DNA of 64,000 nucleotides. Source: Octopus sinensis (lineage: Eukaryota). The stretch lies in assembly GCF_006345805.1 (NCBI RefSeq), contig NC_043018.1, forward strand, positions 7,812,001-7,876,000. The letters are read 5' to 3'. The notes beneath the pieces are model-generated. The model was given only the letters and a program-made list of their open reading frames with translations. It was not told the DNA's origin and did no database searches. A program made the position numbers and the translations under genes. Positions 45,376-58,152 of this stretch are shown here, piece after piece; the stretch's first letter is position 1, and each line of letters starts with the position of its first letter.

Positions 45376-45811
45376 TCACTGCTTATTTCAAGCACTTCAA
45401 ACTTGCAGACTGGTTTGGTTTCCTTTTTACCAGAGCCATCACCTTTGCAGGTTCTATTTCGTTTTCCTTGTGAACCCACCTTGGGCCAACATCCATCCTC
45501 AGCCCACTGTCCACTGGAGTTTTTGTTTTTATTTCTTTCTCCTGATTTACTTTGCTGCTGTTTTTCTCCTCAATGCATGTCTTCACCTTTGGTTTCTCCT
45601 GGAGAACTTTGGCATCCTTCTTAGACTCACAGTTGTCCAGGGTGTTGCTGTCTCCTTTGTTTTGTTCCTTACTTTCAGCCTTATCCTGACCCTTCTCAGA
45701 TTCTATGGAGTCACTAACTTCCTTTTCTTTTTCACCCTTTTGTACCTTCACCTATACTTTAAATATTTTCTCTAATAAGTCCAAGTGTGGTTGTGAAAGC
45801 GCATGGCTCAG

Positions 45812-46135
45812 TGGTTAGAGCATCGAGCTTACGACCACGAGGTTGTGAGTTTGAATCCCAGACCATGCTGCGTGTTGTGTTCGTGAGCAAGACACTTTAT
45901 TTCACGTTGCTCCAGTTCACTCAGCTGTAGAAATGAGTTGCGACGTCACAGGTACCAAGCTGTATCGGCCTTTGCCTTTCCTTGGACGACATCGGTGTCA
46001 AGGAGAGGGGAAGCTGGTATGCATGGGCAACTGCTGGCCTTCCACAAACAACCTTGCCTGGACTTGTGCCTCGGAGGGTAACTTTCTAGGTGCAATCCCA
46101 TCGTCATTCGTGACCGAAGGGGCTCTCCGGTTGCA
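45812..46135 (+). mobile_element. tRNA-derived SINE
   Basis: gcgcatggctcagtggttagagc...gagtttgaatccc; same family as 14873-15157. Confidence 0.8.
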
Positions 46136-47080
46136 TTAATGTACATGAGCGAATGAGTTCATTCTTTTTCCTCTCAATTTGAGCTATGGTTCAATGAAAA
46201 CCAAAGCTCTTCAGGGCCTCTGCAATAAGAGTGTTTGACAATGTTCCTTCTGCCAGGTTCCATGCATAAAATAATTCTGTTCATGACATTCCTCAACAAA
46301 AGATTGGTATGTAAAACTGCTTTCTGCAGTTAAAGGTAATCAAATTTTGAGTGGCTCAGATCTCTGCAGTAAAATGGTTAAGATGAAGATGGAAATGTCA
46401 TTTGAGGGAGGTTTGGTTGGTATTTCTTGCAGGGGGATTGAATACATAGAAGCTCCCATTGCCTGTACATGGTTGCCTGGCCTGTTAGAAATAGCAACCG
46501 AATTGTCCTCAAATCACAATAAAGAAGGACACTGGATTTTGTATTCCTTGCTACACTTATATCACAAAAGAAAAATATAGGAGAATGATTACAGCTACAA
46601 ACCTGTGATCATAGGTATGCTGGAGAAGTACTGGCCTAGGGTTAAACACCACCACCACAAACAACATCTTGAGCCAATAAAGGTCCATCTATGTGGTTAC
46701 TTGACTTGCTAGAAATAACAACCAAGTTTCCAAGTTACACTCTACATCTTAAAAGATACATACATTTTGGTCCAAGTTTTGTTGAATATAAAAAAAAATG
46801 ATGGCTTGGTCATGGGTGGAATATTTTTGATCAGGACTGAACTAGGGCTAAACAAGAATACCAGCAGAAGAAATAAAAGAGAAAAATAATGTGAATAAAA
46901 ACACTAAGATTCCAAAATTAGAAAATACAAATTTATTTTTCCATTTAACATAATAAAATTCATCCAAAAGTTAAGTTTCAGTAATTAAATTTTTCTTCCT
47001 TTAAAATTAGAATTTGACCAAAAATAGAAATATGCTTATGTTTTTTCTAAGAGAGAGAGAGAGAGAAAGAGAGAGTAAAT

Positions 47081-47336
47081 TTATTCCTCAAGGTTTGTAA
47101 TTTTAAACACCCATGCCCAGTCACATGGTAAGCTCGATATAGGGATGTTGGGTAGGTCAATTTGAAACCCAGTCGTAGCATAGTAACTGTATCCAATTGG
47201 CTTTGGATAACCAAGCATGTGGACAACTGTTCTTGACGTTGGTTTTACAGCTCCAAGGATGACAATATTAGTATTTGGCCAAAACAACATCGCAGCATAC
47301 ACGACTTTTGTGTTGTTCTCCATTTTACTGGTGTAC
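47081..47336 (-). CDS. FUCA: Alpha-L-fucosidase copy A, exon 8 (last coding exon)
   Basis: ag|G TAC ACC AGT: YTSKMENNTKVVYAAMLFWP...LPCDWAWVFKITNLEE*; 256 bp. Confidence 0.95.
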
Positions 47337-48005
47337 CTGGAGGGGAGAGAAATGGTAAAACAAGAAAACCAGATAATGGCATGGAGCAATGATCTATTCA
47401 TACATATATGCATATGTATATAGTTTACAGAGAAGAAAGTAAATTTTGAATGCAGTAAAGCTGTAAGAACAGCAGAGGAAGATTGAGTATTTACCCCTTA
47501 TAAAAAAGAGAAAAAAAGTTGCTAGCAGGCAGTTATGGGAGTCGAACCTGTATCCCTCAGATACTAGCTGAGAGCTTCTACCATTAAGCCAAATGACCCT
47601 TGACAAGAATTACCACCAATTTTTAATGCTAAATTACAGTTTTTTTTAAATGTGACAACATTTTATAACAAACTTTGCAAGCGTCGAATGTGGGTGGTGA
47701 TGTAGACAGACAGATAGACACACCCTGTATACATGCATACACACACATGCAGAGATATGCAGATACCTATATGCACACTCATACACATATACATACATAG
47801 ACGCCAAGTAAACTATTTGTGAAGTGATCCAAACAAGGGAGTCACTACATTGGTGATTGATGTTCTAGAAATAGTAGCCAAATGTATCTACTTTCTTATA
47901 AAAAATGAAGGGCACATTGGTAAATGTTTTTCAAGGTACACGATGTCAGCAACAACATCTGAAATATTTCAGACAAACGAAGATAATGGAAGCAAATATT
48001 CTTAC

Positions 48006-48176
48006 CAAACTTTCTTTGTATATGTGTCGTTCTGGTAGGTCCAAGGTCTGCTGGCATAGATGGCCTCTCCATTGACTTTGAGCCACTGACCAACTTGGAG
48101 CAATCTCTCTTCAAACAGCGGATCAATCCGTCCATCATGGGTGGGTCCAACGTTCATTAGAAGGTTTCCTCCGCAA
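48006..48176 (-). CDS. FUCA: Alpha-L-fucosidase copy A, exon 7
   Basis: [57 protein letters not shown]; ttag / gtaag; 171 bp. Confidence 0.96.
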
Positions 48177-48269
48177 CTAAGAATCAATTAATTGATACAA
48201 TCAATCAGCAATAACAGCATTAGTAAGTAAAGTACCAGTAATAATAATAATAATAATAATAAGGGGTTG

Positions 48270-48375
48270 ATCGCTACCTAACTCAGATACCAGGAAACCC
48301 CAAAATGGCAGAAATTCAAAAGATAGTGCTCATGGGAACTGCTCATATCCTACGCAAAATACTTTCTATGTAATC
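48270..48375 (+). mobile_element. R4/Dong 3' end next to (AAT)n
   Basis: PGNPKMAEIQKIVLMGTAHILRKILSM*. Confidence 0.75.
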
Positions 48376-48649
48376 TCAAGGTTTAAAACAAACATAATTT
48401 TCGTTTTTTTTTTTTTAGACATTCACTAGTACAACACTAAATACAAAACCAAATATATGGCACCCTAGGCATAACAACATCACAAACTTCCAACCTGTTG
48501 TCTCTTGAGGTCTCTAGGTGAGACTTGGAGCCAACTTGTACAAATATAAAGCAAAAGTCAAACATAGAATAATAATAATATGTAGGATTAAAAACAAAAC
48601 CTGGCAAAGCGCAGAGGAACTTAAAAGAGTCAATGGCCATTCCGAAAAC

Positions 48650-49130
48650 AGGTAGACAGAACTTGTGAGCCTTGGTTGGCAGTCTGTCAAGGAGAAGGAA
48701 TACTCTGATTTAAAAATTAGGGTAGATAGGACTCCTTAGTCACAGTGGCGACAACCTGTCTCCTGACAGTCAAGCCTGGCTCCTTCACGAAATGAACAAA
48801 AGTGTGAGAAAAGACGAGTATCTGGCACTTCCAAATAACCAGTGCTCTGGGTAGGCTGCACTCATTAGCCTAGGAGAAGGAATACTCCAAGCCCCAAACC
48901 AGGGGAGCAAGGACCCTGCCGCTTTGGCAGACTACCTTATTGGTCTATACAGGTGGGTGGGTTAGGGGTAACATTGCTTACAGCAATGATTTAAACCACC
49001 TTGAACTAACCTTACAGCCAGATGAACTAGGTCAAGGCAGGTCATGTACGGAAGTGTGCACTGTTGCAGCTTGTTACTGCATCCACCAATCCTTGATCGC
49101 TTCAAGCAAGAACGTAGAACAACAAACTAA
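48650..49130 (+). repeat. Interspersed repeat, possibly a LINE 5' region
   Basis: Two ggagaaggaatactc motifs; 48836-49058 recurs at 52946-53167. Confidence 0.45.
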
Positions 49131-49144
49131 AATCTTGTTTTTTT

Positions 49145-49435
49145 AAGTGGCCGTTGCCAGCCTCGCCTGGCCCCCGTGCCGGTGGCACGTAAAAAGCACC
49201 GTCCGATCATGGCCGTTTGCCAGCCTCATCTGGCACCTGTGCCAGTGGCACGTAAAAAGCACCCACTACACTCACAGAGTGGTTGGCGTTGGGAAGGGCA
49301 TCCAGCCATAGAAACATTGCCAGATCAGACTGGAGCCTGGTGCAGCCTTCTGGCTTCCCAGACCCCAGTTGAACCGTCCAACCCATGCTAGCATGGAAAG
49401 CGGACGCTAAACGATGATGATGATGATGATGATGA
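49145..49435 (+). mobile_element. RTE 3' end ((GAT)n tail)
   Basis: gtgccggtggcacgtaaaaagcacc...ggacgctaaacgatgatg. Confidence 0.85.
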
Positions 49436-49666
49436 AACACAAGGCTTTTAATAACGGTGGTGGGAATAGCTGATTAAATCAACCCCAGTGCTTAACTGGT
49501 ACTTTAATTCCTTTCACCCTTGAAACTGATGTAAAATAAACTGTATTTGAATTCAAAAGAAACAGGGTATATAACAGACTAGTGTTAGGCATTCTGAGTG
49601 ATCCCCCCACAAATCTTTCAATCCACAAAAATACAATAAAAGATACCAAACAAAGTTAGTACTAAC

Positions 49667-49799
49667 CTGACAGTCTCAACCAGTAGAGATATCAGCCCTT
49701 CAATGGAATAATAGTCAGAGTAGCGAGCACGGCGCCGGTAGCCCCAGGAATGCTTATCAATAGTCATGGCATTCTCCCATTTGTGATTTACCAATTTAC
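49667..49799 (-). CDS. FUCA: Alpha-L-fucosidase copy A, exon 6
   Basis: [44 protein letters not shown]; ccag / gttag; 133 bp. Confidence 0.96.
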
Positions 49800-50624
49800 C
49801 TGGATGAACAACATTTGGAAGAAGAAAAAGGTTTACTGATAATTATCTCCAGATCAATGTAAATTAATGTATCTTCTCTTTTTTGTGATGATACATTGGG
49901 GTTTAAAGCAGACTTGTTCAAGGAACTGGGCTGAGGCATCTTCCATTGGCTCACCACTGGTAGGGTAGTTTTAGTAGGGTATATGTGGGTGTGGTATTGT
50001 TGTGGTGGTGTCAGCATTTATATATGGCATGAAATAATAAATGGAGGATAATGAAATTATTTAAACCTTTTTTTAACTCTGAAATCTTGTTTTAAGCTTT
50101 AAGTAGAAAACATGAGGTTAACAATCAGAATAATGTATTTTCTTTTTCATCAGTTTTCTCTCTTCAATTTTGGAGAAGATTAAGTTAAGCCAAGCTCATG
50201 TCACAGCTTACCTCTTCAACACTGAAGATCAAATTTTGTCAGCTTATTATCGTCAACAATAAAGATTGACTCAATTAGAGTTCATGTCAGTTTATTTCTT
50301 CGATTTTGGGGGGTGAAAGCAAGTTCATGTCAAACAGATCGATTCAAACTGAATGCATGTCACAGTTTATTTCGTCAGCTTTGAACCGATAACTGATGTG
50401 CAGTGATCCTGTTATACACGGCCTCAAATCTACACAGGATCCCACACACATCAGTTGTAGTTAATAACATCTGATGCTGGGTCACAATTACTACAGTTGT
50501 AGTAATTTCCAACAGGCTGGTATCATATACAGAAAAAGATTGGTCTCTCACCTGCTTAAATGTCTCACAAAATGCTGTTATATACCTGCCCTGGAAACCA
50601 TGTTGCTTAAAGAATTAACCTTAA

Positions 50625-50844
50625 CCCTTTAGTGTTCGCATTATTCTGCCAAAATTAATACTTTTTCATCTACATTGTTTTGAGTAAATCTGCTTTATCT
50701 TGTAGCTTTGAGATTTTGATGAGGTAGCTGTTAATTTTTAAAATGATATTGTAGGGTTGGTGTGAGAGACCAGATATGGCCAGTTTGAACATAAAACAGG
50801 CAGAATATTTTTGGCTGGATATGGCCAGTTTAAATGCTAAAGGG
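50625..50844. mobile_element. piggyBac-type MITE, copy-A-specific
   Basis: TTAA|CCCTTTAG ... CTAAAGGG|TTAA; absent at the matching point of copy B intron 5. Confidence 0.85.
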
Positions 50845-50952
50845 TTAAAAACTTTTTCAAGCACCATCTCACCATTTTAACAGACAAAAACATGTTCCAA
50901 GTAGCATATAACTATCTTTCTATATATCTATCATTTGGTATTTTGTACTCAC

Positions 50953-51050
50953 CAGGATTATATCTATCATGGCATGTGTAAAAGTCTCCATGGTGACAAG
51001 AAATTCCAGCTCCCCATCGGTCATTTACCACAACAGTGTCTTTCACTGGA
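50953..51050 (-). CDS. FUCA: Alpha-L-fucosidase copy A, exon 5
   Basis: [33 protein letters not shown]; ccag / gtgag; 98 bp. Confidence 0.96.
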
Positions 51051-52291
51051 CTGGAAGAGAAAGACAGAGAAATGGAAGAAAATTTAAGATCGTTAAAGGT
51101 ATTTTAGATATCAAAGAATCACGTAAAAGAAGATGCACTTGAGAGGTAGGGAATGGTTCAATTAAGGTGGAAGCAGGGATGGTGGTGGAATAGAGCAAGA
51201 GAGAAAGATGAGGGTGAATTAGAGGCAGGGTGGATAGAAACGGGGGTGGGGTTTAGCTAGAGAGTGAAAGAAGATTAAAGAAAGAGGAGAGAATTAAAAA
51301 GGAATTTCAGAATCAATGAGTGAGGTAAGAATTCGGTTAAAAATATTTAATTCGAAATACATACAGAAATTATTTTCACTTTCAGGACAAAAATATTATG
51401 CCAATGTTGTCATGGAAATAAGAAAAAAATTTCCTGAAATTTCTATAAAACCTAGAATTTCCCACTGCATATTGTTTATCCCATCACACCAAAAACAGGT
51501 TACATTCCTCGCAATTCCAAACAATTCTAAGCACTCAATAATCCTTGAATGTGGAATCAAATCATAAGCTTTCCGATAATCAATCCATCATTTTCCGATA
51601 TGGATGTTTATGTTTAAATTTACAGATAACAACACTCTATTCACAACAAACAAACCTTAACAACTACAATTCAACAATTTCAAATAATTAATCCCCAGGT
51701 TGGCCCATACAACTATGCATACATTTTTTTAATAATACCTTTACCCATACCCTTACATATATTTTTTAATAATAATAATAATAATAATAATATTAAAATT
51801 GTCTTGGTACAAAAGATGGGCTACAGCAAATATTCTGCTCAATACCACAGATTTGCTTGTCAGTTGTTTGACCTTAACCAGTTGAGCATGTCCCTTAGTG
51901 GCTGGCGATATGTGCATCTCTGATCGTGAGCAGAAGTAGTGAGGGAGCGTCATAACCATGTGTTGAGAGAGATTCTTTGGGGTTTGAATAATTCACCTCA
52001 GGAAATTTGGGTGTTTCGTTCAACGTCCTTAAACAACCCTTATTCAAGGACCTTTTGAGTGGGATGGGTTACTCGACCAGAAGATAATTCTAACTGGGCC
52101 CCACCTGCAAGGTCATATGCTGTTTATCTTGATATGAGATCACCATGTCATGCACATATGGTTGTGATGCATGTGCCTAGTTTGCCCTTATCAGATGGGT
52201 AGTCATGATGGGTATACTGGGCTTCGTATATTTTACCCCAGTGTCACTTTGATGGCATGCGCTGCTCTCTCACTCAATAATAATAATAATG

Positions 52292-52336
<45 letters not shown>

Positions 52337-52609
52337 GTTTCAGATTTAGCCACAAGGGCAGCAATTTTTGGTGGGAGGGGATGGGTCGATTACATCAACC
52401 TCAGTGTTTTACTGGTATTTATTTTATTGACCCTGAAAGGATGAAAGGCAAAGTCAACCTTGCAGGAATAATAATGATGATGATGATGATAATGGTGGTG
52501 GTGGTGGATTGATCATCGCAAAGCTTATGATATGATTCCACATTCAAGGATCCAAGATTCTTGGATGATTCCACATTCAAGGATTCAAGAATATGATTCC
52601 ACATTCAAA

Positions 52610-55315
52610 TGCTTAGATTTGCTTGGAATTGCAAGGAATGTAACCTGATTTTCTGAAGAGAAGTATGGTGGGGTGGAAAACTGAGCTGACAGCCTATGGA
52701 CATAGTTTGGGCACCCTGGGTATCAGGAGAGGGATTTTCCAAGGCAATGGCTTATCTCCGTTGCTTTTTGTTCTCTGCATGATCCTGCTGAGCTTGGTAC
52801 TTAGGAAAATGAACCTGAGATATAAGCTAAAGGGAAAACCTCAATCAACCAACCACATCCTCTTCATGGATGATTTGAAGCTGTATGGCAAAATGAGTTC
52901 TTTGGTGAACACAGTTCACAGTTTTAGTACTGATATTAGAACAGATAACCAGTGCTCTGGGTAGGCTGTACTAATTAGCCTAGGAGAAGGAATACTCCAA
53001 GCCCCAAACCAGGGGAGCAAGGACCCTGCCGCCCTAGCAGACTACCCTATTGGTCTATATAGGTGGGTGGGTTAGGGGTAACATTGCTTACAGCAAGGAT
53101 TTAAACCACCTTGAACTAACCTTACAGCCAGATGAACTAGGTCAAGGCAGGTCATGTACGGAAGTGTAGTGGAATGAAGTGTAGTGGAATGTACCTGAAA
53201 AGAGGCAAGGTACAGTCCCTAGCAGGGACAGAATTAGAGAACTGATTAAGCAAATTGAAGTGGAAGGCTACAAATGTCTTGGCATTCAAGAATTCAATGA
53301 GATAATGGGAAAGGAAATGAAAGAACAACTTTGAATGGAATATTTCTGGTACAGTCCCTGGCAGGGATAGAATTACCTAATAGAGAACTGATTAAACAAA
53401 TTGAAATGGAAGGCTGCAGATCTCTTGGTATACTGCAGTTCAATGAAATCATGGAGAAGGAAATGAAAGAAAAATTGTGGACGGAATATTTCTGAAGACT
53501 AAGATTAGTTTTTGCACTCCAAACTGACCAGATGGAATAAAATCCAGACAGTGAATACATGGGTGATAGCATCACTTTGGAATGAAAATGGAATTGTCAA
53601 CTAGCAAAAAAAACAAAAAAACTGATGAACATGGATATGAAGATGAGAAAAATATTGACAATGCACAGAGCCTTCCACCCTGTGAGTGACACCAATGGGC
53701 TGTACTTGTCCAGAAGAAAGGGTGAGAGAGGTTAGATCAGTTGTCAGGACTGTATCGAAGCAGAGGAAAACAGCTTAGAGTGGTATGTAAAAAATACTGT
53801 GGAACCATTGCTGAAATATGTGAAGAAGTCCAGTATCATCAAAATTGATAATTGTGTAAAGAAAGAAAAATTTAAAGAGGAAAAAGACACAAAAATGAAA
53901 CATGGAAGGAGAAAAAAAACACGTGGTCAGTTTGCAAAAGATATGAAGACAGATACAGAAGATCAGTGGCTGTGGAAGAGGAGGAGTGACCTGAATATAG
54001 AGACAGAAGTACTTATATGTGCAGCTCAAGAACAAGCGTTAAGGACTAACTATGTGAAGTGCAGAATCAACAACACTACTGACAGCAACAAATACAGAAT
54101 GTGTGGTGAGAGGGGTGAAATGGTATGGCACATCGTTAGCAAATGCCTGAAATTGGCACAATGCGATTACAAAAGACGATATGACAATGTAGCAAGGATG
54201 ACCCATTGGGGAAATCACAGCCAACAAAGAGTAAAGATATGGTATGAGAAAACCCCAGAAGGAGTTGCCAAGAATGTAGATTGCAAAGTGAGACATGGTT
54301 ATGGTTGCAGAAAGGAATGCTGAAAAGGGAGACAGAAACTTTGTTAGTAGCAGCACAAGATCAAGCATTAAGAACTAATTGGATAAAAGTTAAGATAGAC
54401 AAAAACCATGTAGATTCCCAATATAGAATGAAGATCCTGTGGGATGCAATGATTCAGAGTGATCACCTGACCAGACATCAGAAACTGGATATTGTGGTGA
54501 ATGAAAAAGAAAGAACATGCATGATAATCGACATAGCATGTCTTGGTGACACAGGATCAAAGAGAAAGAAGAAGAAAAACTAAACAAATGTGATGATTTG
54601 AAGTGGGGAAATATGAAGGTTGTGTTCAATGAGGAAAGTAGACGTGATGTCTGTAGTAATTAGCATGTTTGGAAGTATCGGCATTCAACTACCAGCATGG
54701 CTCAAAAAGACTGGAACTCCTAGAAAAATCAGCATTGCTTGGAATTGCAAGAATTCTTCACATAGGTGCAGGAGTGGCAGTGTGGTAAGTAGCTTGCTTA
54801 CCAACCACATGGTTCTGGGTTCAGTCCCACTGCGTGGCACCTTGGGCAAGTGTCTTCTACTATAGCTTCGGCCCGACCAAAGCCTTGTGAGTAGATTTGG
54901 TAGATGGAAATTGAAAGAAGCCCGTCGCATATACGTATATATGTATGTGTGTATGTTTGTGTGTCTGTGTTTGTCCCCCCAACATCGCTTGACAACTGAT
55001 GCTGGTGTGTTTACATCCCCGTAACTTAACAGTTTGGCAAAAGAGATCGATAGAATAAGTACTAGGCTTACGAAGAATAAGTCCTAGGGTCGATTTGCTT
55101 GACTAAAGGCGGTACTCCAGCATGGCCACAGTCAAATGACTGAAACAAGTAAAAGAGTAAAGAGCAAGTTTCTTGAAGCATGACCAGTATACAAGTGTCA
55201 CCTTAGTCTGCTTGTTGGGAACAGCTGACACTTTCAATCGTACCCTGCAAAATAAGCTGTGAGTTTTCATCAAACAGTAGCAGCAGCAGTGCCAACAGCA
55301 ACAACAACAACAACA
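52610..55315 (+). mobile_element. R4/Dong-clade LINE 1 (RT, zinc knuckle, restriction-like endonuclease), decayed, with nested SINE 54765-55160
   Basis: GIFQGNGLSPLLF...NHILFMDDLKLYG; AAQEQALRTN...RMCGERGEMVWHIVSKC; ILWD...KLDIVV...IIDIAC; (CAA)n tail. Confidence 0.9.
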
Positions 55316-57360
55316 ATTAGCTAAATGGTCCGAAGCTAGTGAAGGTTGTAAATACTTGGGCAGTATCATTACTTAGATACTCAGCAGCTTTTGTAGATTG
55401 GACAAAAACTGAATTAGCAAAGCTAGACAGAAGAACTAGGAAGGAATTCGATATAAAATGAGGACTCCACCTAAGAGCAGGAGTATCAAGATTATACTTA
55501 CCTAGAAAGGAAGGCAGAAGAGGGTTAATATCAGTAGAAGACTGCGTGGAGTTATCTAGAGTAGATATAGACTCCTGTGTAGGAAATATTGAAGAAAGTT
55601 TATTAAAAGCTGCTAGAATCACAGCAAGACTTAGAGAAACCAAAAACCCAAACAAAGTTAAAAACCAGAAGAAAGAACAGAAATTATCTGATGGCAGGAG
55701 AAGGCATTGTATGGTAGATTCCCAAATACAGTTGCAGCAAATAGTAGTTAGTGAGACATGGTTATGGTTGCAGAAATGAATGCTGAAAAGGGAGACAGAA
55801 AGTTTGTTAGTAGCAGCACAAGATCAAGCATTAAGAACTAATTGGATAAAAGTTAAGATAGACAAAAACCATGTAGATTCCCAATGTAGAATGAAGATCC
55901 TGTGGGATGCAATGATTCAGAGTGATCACCTGACCAGACATCAGAAACTGGATATTGTGGTGAATGAAAAAGAAAGAACATGCATGATAATCGACATAGC
56001 ATGTCTTGGTGACACAGGATCAAAGAGAAAGAAGAAGAAAAACTAAACAAATGTGATGATTTGAAGTGAGAAATACGAAGGTTGTGTTCAATGAGGAGAG
56101 TAGATGTGATGTCAGAAGTAATTAGCATGTTTGGAAGTATCAGCATTCAACTACCAACATGGCTCAAAAAGACAGGAACAAATGTAAAGATAGAACTCCT
56201 AGAAAAATCAGCATTGCTTGGAATTGCAAGAATTCTTCACATAGGTGCAGGAGTGGCAGTGTGGTAAGTAGCTTGCTTACCAACCACATGGTTCTGGGTT
56301 CAGTCCCACTGCGTGGCACCTTGGGCAAGTGTCTTCTACTATAGCTTCGGCCCGACCAAAGCCTTGTGAGTAGATTTGGTAGATGGAAATTGAAAGAAGC
56401 CCGTCGCATATACGTATATATGTATGTGTGTATGTTTGTGTGTCTGTGTTTGTCCCCCCAACATCGCTTGACAACTGATGCTGGTGTGTTTACATCCCCG
56501 TAACTTAACAGTTTGGCAAAAGAGATCGATAGAATAAGTACTAGGCTTACGAAGAATAAGTCCTAGGGTCGATTTGCTTGACTAAAGGCGGTACTCCAGC
56601 ATGGCCACAGTCAAATGACTGAAACAAGTAAAAGAGTAAAGAGCAAGTTTCTTGAAGCATGACCAGTATACAAGTGTCACCTTAGTCTGCTTGTTGGGAA
56701 CAGCTGACACTTTCAATCGTACCCTGCAAAATAAGCTGTGAGTTTTCATCAAACAGGAGCAGCAGCAGTGCCAACAGCAACAACAACAACAACAATTAGC
56801 TAAATGGTCCGAAGCTAGTGAAGGTTGTAAATACTTGGGCAGTATCATTACTTAGATACTCAGCAGCTTTTGTAGATTGGACAAAAACTGAATTAGCAAA
56901 GCTAGACAGAAGAACTAGGAAGGAATTCGATATAAAATGAGGACTCCACCTAAGAGCAGGAGTATCAAGATTATACTTACCTAGAAAGGAAGGCAGAAGA
57001 GGGTTAATATCAGTAGAAGACTGCATGGAGTTAGCTAGAGTAGATATAGACTCCTGTGTAGGAAATATTGAAGAAAGTTTATTAAAAGCTGCTAGAATTA
57101 CAGCAAGACTTAGGGAAACCAAAAACCCAAAGTTAAAAACCAGAAGAAAGAACAGAAATTATCTGATGGCAGGAGAAGGCATTGTATGGTAGATTCCCAA
57201 ATACAGTTGCAGCAAATAGTAGTTAGTGAGACATGGTTATGGTTGAAGAAATGAATGCTGAAAAGGGAGACAGAAACTTTGTTAGTAGCAGCACAAGATC
57301 AAGCATTAAGAACTAATTGGATATAAGTTAAGATAGACAAAAACCATGTAGATTCCCAAT
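54288..57360 (+). repeat. ~1.47-kb tandem duplication (two copies plus a 140-bp third start)
   Basis: gtgagacatggttatggttg at 54288, 55751 and 57226 (periods 1463 and 1475 bp). Confidence 0.95.
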
Positions 57361-58005
57361 GTGGGTTATGCAAATCAAAAGAGGAAAGTGTTACTCATAT
57401 AGTAAGTGAATGTAGCATGCTGGCACAGAAAGAATGCTAGAAAATAGATGACAATCTAGGGAGAGTAATCCACTGGGAGTTATGTAGAAAGCTAGGATTT
57501 GAACATACTGATAAATGGTATGAACATGAACCTAGCAAAGTACTAGAAAGTAAGAAATACAAGAAATTGTGGGGCTTTAACATTCAGATTGATAGAGTGA
57601 TAGAGTAATAGAAGCTAGAAGGCCTGATTTAGTAGTAGTAGATAAAGAGAATAGAAAGTGTCAGATAATTAACTTTACAGTCTCAAATGATGAAAAAATA
57701 GCAAAGTCCCTGGACCTAGCCACTGAATTACAGAGATTATGAAAAGTGCAGGCAAAATGTATCCCAGTAGTTATAGGTACATTGGGAAGTATCCTTAAAG
57801 ATTTGAGCAGATGGACAGAGGAAATAGGCATAAAAGCCAGTTTAGTACAGCTCCAAAAAACAGTGTCATTTGGGACAGTTAGGATACTAAGGAGGGTTCT
57901 TGGTGTCTAAGGTTACTTGTTGTAGCCTGATGTTAGGAATTCTTCTTTTCCAACAGTTTAATCTGTAGTGTGTATAATAACAACAACAACAATAATAATA
58001 ATAAT
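55317..58005 (+). mobile_element. R4/Dong-clade LINE 2, 5'-truncated, partly duplicated
   Basis: LYLPRKEGRRGL; CGLCKSKEESVTHIVSEC; EARRPDLVVVDKENRKCQII; IPVVIGTLG...RILRRVLGV*; (AAC/AAT)n tail. Confidence 0.9.
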
Positions 58006-58018
58006 AAATAATAAAAAC

Positions 58019-58152
58019 CTGTCATTATAGAGCCATGCAATAAACTCTGTTGAATTCCAGTATTTATCTGATGCGTGCCCTTCACCATCTGACCAAATTA
58101 CATCAGGTTTGTAATTCATAACCAGTTCATACAACTCAGGCATAGTTTTCTC
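58019..58152 (-). CDS. FUCA: Alpha-L-fucosidase copy A, exon 4 (nucleophile WSD); exons 1-3 lie beyond the window
   Basis: ttag|GAG AAA ACT ATG: [45 protein letters not shown] |gtttt; 134 bp. Confidence 0.96.

Noticed and set aside
44509-45479. 159-aa and 210-aa ORFs
   Set aside because: Chimeric frames crossing a SINE, an unassigned block and the antisense of an R4 RT fragment
46216-46307. Plus-strand exon-like segment with ttcag acceptor and gtatgt donor
   Set aside because: Stop codons in all three frames and no partner exons
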